Shown: one piece after another, positions 15,686-23,711 of the stretch | How positions within the stretch are numbered: the first letter of the stretch is position 1 | How the letters are laid out: each line of letters opens with the position of its first letter | NCBI GenBank assembly: GCA_047651235.1 | Contig: CP178758.1 | Coordinates: 3,480,001 to 3,512,000, forward strand | From: Candidatus Electrothrix yaqonensis | Lineage (GTDB): Bacteria > Desulfobacterota > Desulfobulbia > Desulfobulbales > Desulfobulbaceae | Reading direction: 5' to 3' | DNA: 32,000 bases | Translations under genes and position numbers: made by a program | The notes under the pieces: model-generated | Databases searched by the model: none | What the model was told of the DNA's origin: nothing | Seen by the model: only the letters and a program-made list of their open reading frames with translations

Positions 15686-16273
15686 ATGACGCTGCCTCAA
15701 ACCACATACGAAGCGGAATACACCTATGCGGATTATCTCTCTTGGGATGATCAGGAACGTTGGGAACTGATTAACGGGGAGGCATGGGACATGTCTCCGG
15801 CTCCTTCGCGAATTCATCAGGAAATTTCCATACGTGTCAGCTCACTGCTGTATGAATTTTTCAGCAACAAAGATTGTGCCGTTTACGCCGCACCCTTTGA
15901 TGTCCGCTTGTCTGCAGAGGAGAATGCGGAGGATCATGCGGTCATAACGGTTGTGCAGCCGGATATCTCCGTGATCTGCGATCGGGAAAAACTGGATGAG
16001 CGCGGCTGTGTCGGTGCGCCCGACCTTGTTGTCGAAATCCTTTCTCCCTCCACGGCGGCCAAAGATCTGAAGGTCAAGCGGGCGCTCTACGAAGAACACG
16101 GGGTACGGGAATACTGGCTGTTTCATCCCACCGACCGGACCGTCATGGTCTACCGGCCTGATGAAGACGGGCAATATGCCAGGGCGGAGATTTTTGATCG
16201 GGAGGACATGCTCGGATCGCCCCTGTTCGACGGACTGGAAATACAGCTGGCAGAAATTTTTCAGGAGGACTGA
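15686..16273 (+). CDS. Uma2-family (DUF820) endonuclease (195 aa)
   Basis: The start was chosen at MTLPQTTYEAEYTYADYLSWDDQERWELINGEAWDMSPAPSRIHQ, a typical Uma2 N-terminus. Core motifs are VQPDISVICD, APDLVVEILSPST and YEEHGVREYWLF. Confidence 0.8.
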   Translation: MTLPQTTYEAEYTYADYLSWDDQERWELINGEAWDMSPAPSRIHQEISIRVSSLLYEFFSNKDCAVYAAPFDVRLSAEENAEDHAVITVVQPDISVICDREKLDERGCVGAPDLVVEILSPSTAAKDLKVKRALYEEHGVREYWLFHPTDRTVMVYRPDEDGQYARAEIFDREDMLGSPLFDGLEIQLAEIFQED

Positions 16274-16307
16274 ACAGGACGTATTCCTGCCTTTGAGAAA
16301 GGAGAAT

Positions 16308-17210
16308 ATGGCTACCAAAGAACGCTACATCAATCTGTTCACCGATTACGGCTTTAAAAAGACCTTCGGAGAACAGCCGAATAAGAATCTGCTGCTGGAT
16401 TTTCTCAATGAACTGCTCAAGGGGGAGCAGGGCGAAATTTGGGATTTGATCTACCTGAAAACCGAACAGCTCGGCGATACTGATCTTGACCGAAAGGCCA
16501 TTTTTGATCTGTACTGCGAAAATGAGCGGGGTGAGAAATTCATTGTCGAGCTGCAGAAGAGCAAACAGAATTTCTTCAAGGATCGGGCACTCTACTATTC
16601 CACCTTTCCCATCTGGGAGCAGGCGGAAAGGGGGGATTGGAATTTTGAGCTCAAAGCGGTCTACACGGTGGCGATCCTATATTTTGTTTTTGATGAGGAT
16701 AAAAACGAGCCGGACAAGTACCGCTATGATATCAAGCTGTCGGACATTGAAACCAAGCGGGTGTTTTACGATAAGCTGACCTTCATCTATCTGGAAATGC
16801 CCAAATTCACCAAGGAGCCGGATGAACTGGAAACCCGTTTTGATAAATGGCTGTACGTTATCAGAAACCTGAATCGGCTGGACAGAATCCCGGATAAACT
16901 GCGGGAAAAGGTTTTCGAGCAGCTCTTTGCCGCAGCTGAGATCGCCCGTTTCACCCCGGATCAGGTACTTTCCTACGAGAACAGTCTGAAGTATTACCGG
17001 GACCTTAAAAATTCCATTGATACCGCGTTTGATGAAGGACGGGTGGAAGGACGGGCAGAAGGAAGAGAGATGGGGAGAGAGGAAGGACGGGAGCAATTGG
17101 CGCTGGAAATTGCTCAGGAGATGCTGGCTGAGGGAGAGCCGGTGGAAAGGGTGGCGCGGTTTACCGGGCTTGCCCCTGCCGTTGTGGAGGAATTGAGGGG
17201 GAAGAAATAA
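16308..17210 (+). CDS. Rpn/YhgA-like PD-(D/E)XK nuclease-family (recombination-promoting nuclease / transposase_31-like) protein
   Basis: An AAAGGAGAA SD is present. The N-terminus is MATKERYINLFTDYGFKKTFG. The DLYCENERGEKFIVELQ core is present, as is the characteristic C-terminal EGRxEGR repeats (EGRVEGRAEGREMGREEGRE). Confidence 0.8.
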   Translation: MATKERYINLFTDYGFKKTFGEQPNKNLLLDFLNELLKGEQGEIWDLIYLKTEQLGDTDLDRKAIFDLYCENERGEKFIVELQKSKQNFFKDRALYYSTFPIWEQAERGDWNFELKAVYTVAILYFVFDEDKNEPDKYRYDIKLSDIETKRVFYDKLTFIYLEMPKFTKEPDELETRFDKWLYVIRNLNRLDRIPDKLREKVFEQLFAAAEIARFTPDQVLSYENSLKYYRDLKNSIDTAFDEGRVEGRAEGREMGREEGREQLALEIAQEMLAEGEPVERVARFTGLAPAVVEELRGKK

Positions 17211-17273
17211 GAAGCGGGAGCAGGGTACTGCCGCTTCTATGCGTTGAGGTTCTTTGTTCGCCGGAAAAGTGTC

Positions 17274-17290
17274 GGGGAGGTCACCTCCCC
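17274..17290. terminator. Bidirectional hairpin terminator between the convergent Rpn gene and the adhesin gene
   Basis: GGGGAGG-TCA-CCTCCCC is a 7-bp GC stem. T-rich sequence follows on the plus strand (GTCTTGTTTTG) and CTTTTCC follows on the minus strand. Confidence 0.5.
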
Positions 17291-17309
17291 GAAGTCTTGT
17301 TTTGTCTGT

Positions 17310-20300
17310 TTACCACGCACACGGCGTGATCATGTTGTTGCTGCCGATAATCGCGGTTCTTCTATCTGATTGTTGCGCCGTGACCAGATTATTGCCCGGT
17401 TCAACAAACTCAATGAAGTTACCGTTCGTGTCGTAGCTTGCTGCACAGGAGGTGCTGCTCGCAGCAGTCATTCCCGCTCCGTCAATGGTGAATTCAACCG
17501 GAAACTGGCCGCAGGTGCCGATGAACAGCGGGTTGCTGTCCTGATCAAAACTCACATCCTTTCCGAAGTCATAGGAAGTCCCTCCGCCTTGATGCAGCCA
17601 TTCGGGTGTGCCGTCAGCTTGGTATTTGATCATAAACATATCATTCTTCGATCCGAAGCTGGTCAGGGTGCTGAATACGGTATCTGCATCATAGAAATCG
17701 CAGGTTGCACGGAAGTCTCCGGCAACATAGACCTGCCCGGCAGCATCCGTTGCAACAGCGCGGCCTATACAATCATTTGTGCCGGTAGCTTTTTGTGCCC
17801 AGCGCACCTGTCCGTCATCAATATTAAATTCTGCAACAAAAAATTGTGCGTACGTATCAGTCGGCAGGAGAGTAACCGGTACAGCACCGTTGAAGGTTAT
17901 GGCATCTTCATAATAACCTGTTGCCAGTACGCCTCCTGTGTTGTTGTTGACGGCAAGAGAAGAGATCATATTGCTTCCTCTCCCATTTCCCTGCTGAGCC
18001 CATAAAAGGGTACCGTCGAGTGTAGTATATTGGGCGATGAATATATTTGCTCTGTCTGACAAGTTCAGGGTAGTGGCCGAAGCTCCGCTGCCTAGTTTCA
18101 GGATCTCGTTGAACATGCCGCCGATGTACAATCGACCAGCTGCACTGTCTACTGCCAACGCCATCCCATAATCGTCCCATCCTCCTCTTGCGTATTCCGC
18201 CCACGCCAGATCACCAGCAGGTGTATATTTGACAAGGAAGATATCATGCCCACTGCTGTACTCAGTTGACGGGTCATCAAGAGTCGCAGTCACTGTATTT
18301 CCATTATAGAAATTTATTGCAGAATAATACGAGCCGCTGAGATAGAGATTTCCTGTCGTGTCTACTGCGGCCTTGGACTCGATAACACCATACTCGCTTG
18401 AAATGGCCTTTCGTGCCCAGAGTAGCTCACCAGAAGCGGTGTACTTTGCAATGTAGAGCGCATGTTTTTCGGCAGGCGCAGTCAGGGTGACAGGGGCATC
18501 CGTTCCCAAGGTGATACTGTTTTGAAAGGTGCCTACCGCAAAGATATTCCCGGCATCGTCACGCGCCAAGGACAAGGTATTCGGCGGTAGCTCCCAAGGA
18601 TCACAACCCACAATCTCGTTCACAGTGATGTATACAGTGGCGGAAGCAGTACCCTTGCTGGGGCTGTTTACAGTGTAGGTAAAGGAATCAGAGCCGGTGA
18701 AACCAAGATCTGGGGTATAGGTGATCGTGTCGTCCCCGTTGATCATGGCGGTGCCGTTGGCCGGATCGCTGATATCGGTGACATCCAGCGTTTCTCCTGT
18801 TGGCGGATTATCATTTGCAAGCACATCTATGAGGGCCGCAATATCCTCTTCTGTGACAGCCGCATCATCTACTGCCAAAGGCTCTTCCGTGCTCGGATCG
18901 GTAATGGTGAAATACCCATCGCTCAGGTCCGTGGTTGCCGGGTCTGCGGAATGGGTCACCTTGACCTGATAATTGCTTCCTTCGGCAAGATCGGAAGGAA
19001 CAGTCCAGGCATAGCTATCGTCTGAGGTAAAGACTGTGGGGATATCCTGGTCAATAATTCGGTAAAAGGTACCGCCCTTATACAGATCAATGTCTACAGT
19101 GCCGGTGAAACTGTTCTCCCAAGTGATGTTTCGGGTGCTGCCCAAGCCGAATACATCGCCGTTGCTCGGCGAAAGGACCGTCAGTCGTGCCGGTCTGGTG
19201 ATGGTAAAATGCTCACTGTCGTCTGTGACCGAGCTGTCCGTGTTGCTGGTGATCTTGATCCAGTAATGATCCTCCGGCTGGAGTTCCGGGACAGTCCAGA
19301 TATAGGAACCAATGTTTGCAGCTGAAGCAGCAATGGTTTGCTCAAGGTGCAGGCTCTTGTACAGGTCTATTTTGACTGTACCGCCTATATTGCTGGACCA
19401 GCGGATGGTCTGTTGTCTGTTGTACGACCAAGAGCTTGTCGCGTCAGGACTGAGCACGGTCATTGTTCGGTCAGAGGTGACCTGTAAAGCGACCCAGGCC
19501 TGATTGTTGTTTTCGTTGGTTTCAGAAACCTTGTCGGCGTAATCGGCATAGAAGACGATATACTGCTGACCGGTGGGCAGGTCTGCCGGGAGGGGCAGAT
19601 TCTGTGAAAAGGACTGGCTTTGACCGGGCAGGAGAGAACCAAAATAGTCTGTCCTCAGCAAGGTATCTGCGCTGTCCCAAGTTGTATTATCAGAAAGGTA
19701 ATAACCCATACGAGAGGCGGCCAAAGTTCCGGTGCCGCCGCTGTTGGTTACCCGTGCGCTCAGGGTGACGGACTGGCCGGGGTTGACGCTTGTCGGGGAA
19801 ACGCCGGTATCGCTGACCGTCAGATCAGCACCTGTTCTCACTTCAATGCGGACTGCTGCCTGATTATTTCCTTCATCAGTCTCGGCAACAGCTCCCTGAT
19901 CGTCTGCACGGAATATCAGATAGTAGTCGCCGGAAGTCAGGCTCGCTGGGATAGTGACATTCTGTTCAGCAAAGGCGTTGCTTCCGTCATACAGGATGCT
20001 GAACTGTTTTCGGTAGAGCAGAGTATCGGAGCTGTCCCAGCTGCTGTTGGTGGAGAGATAACAGGCCAAGGCAGATGCGTCTGCCGGGCCGTCGCCGATG
20101 TTGGAGACTCTGGCGCGGGTGAAGGTGCTTGTGCCCGGCTCCAGTTGGGTACCGGGATCGGTCTCTGCGGTATCCACAACGAGGTCGGGTGTACCGTTGC
20201 TGTGTTTGCCGGGACCGGGGCAGGAGGCTTTCAGTTGCCAGTCCACCTGCCAATTACCGTAGAGTTCCTCGAACTGTTTCACCGTGATTGTTTTGTTCTC

Positions 20301-21038
20301 GCTGAAACCGGCGTTAAAGTACAGGTCGATATTACCGTAACCTTTAAAGTAGGATTCTGTTTTTCCAATCACATCCGTCAGGTCGGCATCCTCGTAAACA
20401 TTTACCGCTGTGCCATCGACAAAGGTTCTGACAGAGCCGGTGGACTCCCAGCGCATCTTGCCAGTGGTGGGCTGGATGCTGATATGGCCGACTGGTACGC
20501 CGTCGGCGTTTTCTGCCACGGTCAGGCGGTAGGTGGCGTGATACACATCCTGCCAGTCTTTCGGACTGACGCGGTAAGTGCATTGCTGAAGAACCGGGGG
20601 ATTGCCCCTTCCGGGAGTGGCACCGCTCACCGTAATGGTGAACCTGTCCGTGCCCACGTAGCCTAGGGTGTCGCCGACTTGAGCGGTGATGGTGACATCG
20701 CCGGGTGTGTTCGGGGCGGTGTAGGTGACCGTGCTGTAGTCGGGGAAGCTGGGATTGAGAGTGAAGGTGCCCTGGTCTGCGTACCAGTAAAAGAAGGCTT
20801 CGCCGTTGTGTCTGGTGTCTACTGTGGCATAGGCGGTGAGGTCAACGGTTTCACCGGGTTCGATTTTGTTAAGGCTTTCAATGCGTACTGACGGGGCCTT
20901 TACGCCGGGAATGGGCATTTGCTGTTCGAAGTTGTTGCCGATTCTGGCTGCAAACGACTCTATCACGAATAAGCTTACAAAAAGGATGGAAACAAAGCCT
21001 ATACTTGTCAGTTTTGCTACTGTTCTTTGCTTTTTCAT
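17310..21038 (-). CDS. Large secreted multi-domain surface protein/adhesin (1242 aa): 2x CARDB-like, 2x small Ser/Thr-rich beta-sandwich repeats, a cadherin/VCBS-like domain, and C-terminal SBBP-type beta-propeller repeats
   Basis: A GGGAGGA SD lies 12 nt after the upstream gene's stop. The signal peptide is MKKQRTVAKLTSIGFVSILFVSLFVIESFA. The CARDB hallmark occurs twice (ETDEGNNQAAV, ETNENNNQAWV). A repeated module reads TVLSP...W...IRWSSNIGGTVKIDLYK / ITWENSFTGTVDIDLYK. The cadherin-like segment is VDDAAVTEEDIAALIDVLANDN...ITYTPDLGFTGSDSFTYTV. Recurrent beta-propeller-like repeats read ...G(N/Q)(I/V)Y(V/L)(A/S)G.F......F.... Confidence 0.85.
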   Translation of the reverse strand: MKKQRTVAKLTSIGFVSILFVSLFVIESFAARIGNNFEQQMPIPGVKAPSVRIESLNKIEPGETVDLTAYATVDTRHNGEAFFYWYADQGTFTLNPSFPDYSTVTYTAPNTPGDVTITAQVGDTLGYVGTDRFTITVSGATPGRGNPPVLQQCTYRVSPKDWQDVYHATYRLTVAENADGVPVGHISIQPTTGKMRWESTGSVRTFVDGTAVNVYEDADLTDVIGKTESYFKGYGNIDLYFNAGFSENKTITVKQFEELYGNWQVDWQLKASCPGPGKHSNGTPDLVVDTAETDPGTQLEPGTSTFTRARVSNIGDGPADASALACYLSTNSSWDSSDTLLYRKQFSILYDGSNAFAEQNVTIPASLTSGDYYLIFRADDQGAVAETDEGNNQAAVRIEVRTGADLTVSDTGVSPTSVNPGQSVTLSARVTNSGGTGTLAASRMGYYLSDNTTWDSADTLLRTDYFGSLLPGQSQSFSQNLPLPADLPTGQQYIVFYADYADKVSETNENNNQAWVALQVTSDRTMTVLSPDATSSWSYNRQQTIRWSSNIGGTVKIDLYKSLHLEQTIAASAANIGSYIWTVPELQPEDHYWIKITSNTDSSVTDDSEHFTITRPARLTVLSPSNGDVFGLGSTRNITWENSFTGTVDIDLYKGGTFYRIIDQDIPTVFTSDDSYAWTVPSDLAEGSNYQVKVTHSADPATTDLSDGYFTITDPSTEEPLAVDDAAVTEEDIAALIDVLANDNPPTGETLDVTDISDPANGTAMINGDDTITYTPDLGFTGSDSFTYTVNSPSKGTASATVYITVNEIVGCDPWELPPNTLSLARDDAGNIFAVGTFQNSITLGTDAPVTLTAPAEKHALYIAKYTASGELLWARKAISSEYGVIESKAAVDTTGNLYLSGSYYSAINFYNGNTVTATLDDPSTEYSSGHDIFLVKYTPAGDLAWAEYARGGWDDYGMALAVDSAAGRLYIGGMFNEILKLGSGASATTLNLSDRANIFIAQYTTLDGTLLWAQQGNGRGSNMISSLAVNNNTGGVLATGYYEDAITFNGAVPVTLLPTDTYAQFFVAEFNIDDGQVRWAQKATGTNDCIGRAVATDAAGQVYVAGDFRATCDFYDADTVFSTLTSFGSKNDMFMIKYQADGTPEWLHQGGGTSYDFGKDVSFDQDSNPLFIGTCGQFPVEFTIDGAGMTAASSTSCAASYDTNGNFIEFVEPGNNLVTAQQSDRRTAIIGSNNMITPCAW

Positions 21039-21050
21039 CTGTTCCTCCCT

Positions 21051-23009
21051 TTATTGCTCACAGCACGGAAAATTATTGCAGTCTTCCAAACCGTATTTCG
21101 CAACACAGACTATTTTTGCAGCCTCGGCTCTATTGATTGGCTTGCCAGGGCAGAAATACTTATGACCGTCATAGCTCATCTCGCAATTATAGCCGTCTTT
21201 GTACCCTTCAATAATACTTCTGTCTTTACCGGTATATACATAGGGGTAAAACCAGTCACCTACATCGTGGACGTCATAAAAAACTTCGCTCTCAACCTTC
21301 TCACCCACATCGTAATTTAATGGAATATTGAAAGAGTTAATGAGAATCTTAACAGCTTCCGCTCTATTGATATTCTCACCTGGCCGAAAAGTACCGTCCT
21401 CATATCCACGAACAATTCCTTTTTCTTTTGCAAAAAGAACATAAGGAGCAAACCATTCTTCTTTTGGAACATCAATGAACGGTGCTTCCGCTGCTGGAGC
21501 AGTAAAATCAGTATATTGATATGCTGCCTCTAATGTCATTTTTACAAATTCGGCCCTGTTTATATTATGCTCCGGGAGATAGTAACCTTCAGGATTTCCA
21601 TTTACAATCCCTGCAAAATGCAGTTTCTCAACATATGGGCAGAACCACACTTCTTTAGTGATATCTGGAAAGAGGTTGTTGCAAGAAGGTAATGTATTGG
21701 CATATGTGATCAGATCGAAATTTCTATCTATGATTGCAAGTATTGCATCTACTTCCTTCACGATATGATCTCTATCAATCTTTTCTTCTCCATAAGCAAT
21801 TAATTCAGCGTAATGCATGACATTTAAATACTTAACCCAACTATCTGTAATCCCGGTATTCTCGGTAATTGTTTTGATATTTTCAAAAAACAGATATAAA
21901 AGATAAGCCTTTGTCTGGGCGTTCAGATATTCTTCATACGAAGAACAAGATGGATCTTCTAAAAAATCAAAGTCATGATCACTCGTAATATCGGCATGAC
22001 TTCTCAAGAATGTTCCCAAGACGAAGTGGTCAATAATTTCCTTTGGGGCTGCGACAAATTCATTCCATAGCTCACCGATTCCTTCCATTACAAGCACAGA
22101 TAAAATAGTAGTCTTTCCAAGAGACAGCCCCTTGTTTTTCAAAAAAATTGCAAGCTCTTTCCCTATATAAATAGTTGCTCCTTCCTTAAATACACTAGAA
22201 AATAACTCATCAAACGATCCGTCTAACGCTCTAATTTGAGCAGCACTTATTAGCTTGTCATAAATGCTATCCATATCACCTTCAAGAGTTTCTCTCAATG
22301 TATTGATTGCATTATCAAACTGTGGATCACTAATTTTAAACTTTTGTTCTATAATAGCTAGTCGCTCAAGCATTAATCCTTTATCAAATTCTGTTGCTAG
22401 TAAAAATTTGATAATTTCTTCATTGATAGTAAGTATTTTTCCCAATCTACCGAAAGTTTTATCTAGTTCATCTAGCCTAGTTACCATTGTATTAAGACGT
22501 TTTTTCACCCATCTTAAATTTGCCTTGTCAGACCACCGGTACCAATTCTTACGCATAAAACGATAGAAGTCTGACTCTAATTCTGGTTGAAAATCTTTGA
22601 TAACAGTACTAGCTTTTATTGATTTGTTAGCGTAATCAACCCATTTGGTCTTACTATAATACTCATCGATGAAATCAAGTGCTTTCGGGATGATAGATAG
22701 GTCACCAAATCTTTCAAATTCAACTAATTTTGTAAGGTTCTTCAAATAAAAATTATATCTGATTTCATCTGAGTTACTTCCTGCTAATTTGAGTTGCGCT
22801 ACAGCACCAGCTGCATCATGCTCGTTTATATGAATAATATTAGGACATGCGTACATGTATATATCTTTTTGCACTTCATATTTTGTCAATTTTATTCCTA
22901 ATGCATTCGTGTGCATTGAGATCAGTTCTGCATATGATGGTATGGATATAAAACTAATAATTAGCAGAGTGATACAACCAATCGACTGAAAACGATTTGA
23001 TCTTTTCAT
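21051..23009 (-). CDS. Secreted protein with an unknown N-terminal domain (about 440 aa) and three C-terminal S-layer homology (SLH) domains
   Basis: An AGGAGATAAGC SD is present. The signal peptide is MKRSNRFQSIGCITLLIISFISIPSYA. The three SLH repeats are FPDITKEVWFCPYVEKLHFAGIVNGNPEGYYLPEHNINRAEFVKM, FIDVPKEEWFAPYVLFAKEKGIVRGYEDGTFRPGENINRAEAVKIL and FYDVHDVGDWFYPYVYTGKDRSIIEGYKDG...PGKPINRAEAAKIV. The C-terminus is Cys-rich. Confidence 0.85.
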   Translation of the reverse strand: MKRSNRFQSIGCITLLIISFISIPSYAELISMHTNALGIKLTKYEVQKDIYMYACPNIIHINEHDAAGAVAQLKLAGSNSDEIRYNFYLKNLTKLVEFERFGDLSIIPKALDFIDEYYSKTKWVDYANKSIKASTVIKDFQPELESDFYRFMRKNWYRWSDKANLRWVKKRLNTMVTRLDELDKTFGRLGKILTINEEIIKFLLATEFDKGLMLERLAIIEQKFKISDPQFDNAINTLRETLEGDMDSIYDKLISAAQIRALDGSFDELFSSVFKEGATIYIGKELAIFLKNKGLSLGKTTILSVLVMEGIGELWNEFVAAPKEIIDHFVLGTFLRSHADITSDHDFDFLEDPSCSSYEEYLNAQTKAYLLYLFFENIKTITENTGITDSWVKYLNVMHYAELIAYGEEKIDRDHIVKEVDAILAIIDRNFDLITYANTLPSCNNLFPDITKEVWFCPYVEKLHFAGIVNGNPEGYYLPEHNINRAEFVKMTLEAAYQYTDFTAPAAEAPFIDVPKEEWFAPYVLFAKEKGIVRGYEDGTFRPGENINRAEAVKILINSFNIPLNYDVGEKVESEVFYDVHDVGDWFYPYVYTGKDRSIIEGYKDGYNCEMSYDGHKYFCPGKPINRAEAAKIVCVAKYGLEDCNNFPCCEQ

Positions 23010-23085
23010 AGCTTATCTCCTGGCCAGAAGACCTGATTATATGAAGTTATTTTTATTAGAAATCACTTAAGCAAAGAGCTTTTTT

Positions 23086-23250
23086 TCATTCAGCACTGCT
23101 TACCTTCTTGCCGCCATTACTGATAATCAGCCCCGCTTGATGCCCCCTGAGAAAATCCTGCTCAAACAGCGTCAGATCAACTGCCGCCCATGCACTGCTG
23201 AAAGACATGCAGCCCAGAAAAAGCGATGCTGCCATTACGATGCGTTTCAT
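23086..23250 (-). CDS. Small secreted protein (54 aa), first gene of the envelope operon; below the ORF-track size cutoff
   Basis: A GGAGG SD lies 6 nt upstream of the ATG (23250). The product is MKRIVMAASLFLGCMSFSSAWA/AVDLTLFEQDFLRGHQAGLIISNGGKKVSSAE, with a clear signal peptide (AWA-A cleavage or an LGC lipobox-like site). It ends 76 nt upstream of the SLH gene start. Confidence 0.5.
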   Translation of the reverse strand: MKRIVMAASLFLGCMSFSSAWAAVDLTLFEQDFLRGHQAGLIISNGGKKVSSAE

Positions 23251-23711
23251 ACTTTTCCTCCGTTATTTTAAATCTGCACAGTGATGATAAACTGCCTGGC
23301 GATTCAAAAAGACGAAAAGACGGCAGTAGACCGTATTCTTATACCGGCCCGTGATGCTGATGTAAAAAACTGAACAACTTTAGTTTGTTACACTCTCTGT
23401 TTAAGCAAAATCCGTACCGGATATTCACTCCGGAACCAAAAAACTCCATTTTGCCGATGTACTGCGGAGATAGAGCATATTCTTTAAAAAGAAAAAAAGC
23501 GTATCAGGTGAAATTGTATAGTTTTTTATTTGCCGCAGAGTCATGCCGGGTATTTTTGATACGAATCAGAATATAAACTATCTGCATTTGCATTGAAAAA
23601 GGACAAATTTTATCGTACCATTGACCCCTCATGTCCTGCTACCCGCCGCCTGCGGCGATGTGTAACTTATCACGATTACGTACAGGGTACGTTCTTCCAT
23701 AAACACCAGTT

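Noticed and set aside
17035-17100. A short tandem-looking GAAGGACGGG repeats region considered as a possible repeat array
   Set aside because: It encodes the characteristic EGRxEGR low-complexity tail of Rpn-family proteins. It is not a CRISPR or a non-coding repeat.
19620-20666. A 348-aa plus-strand ORF inside the adhesin gene
   Set aside because: It is the antisense frame of a repetitive Gly/Thr/Ser/Asp-rich gene. Its product is Gly/Ala/Val-rich with no start context.
17310-21038. The adhesin as a diversity-generating retroelement target
   Set aside because: No reverse transcriptase gene and no template-repeat copy of any adhesin segment is visible in the window.
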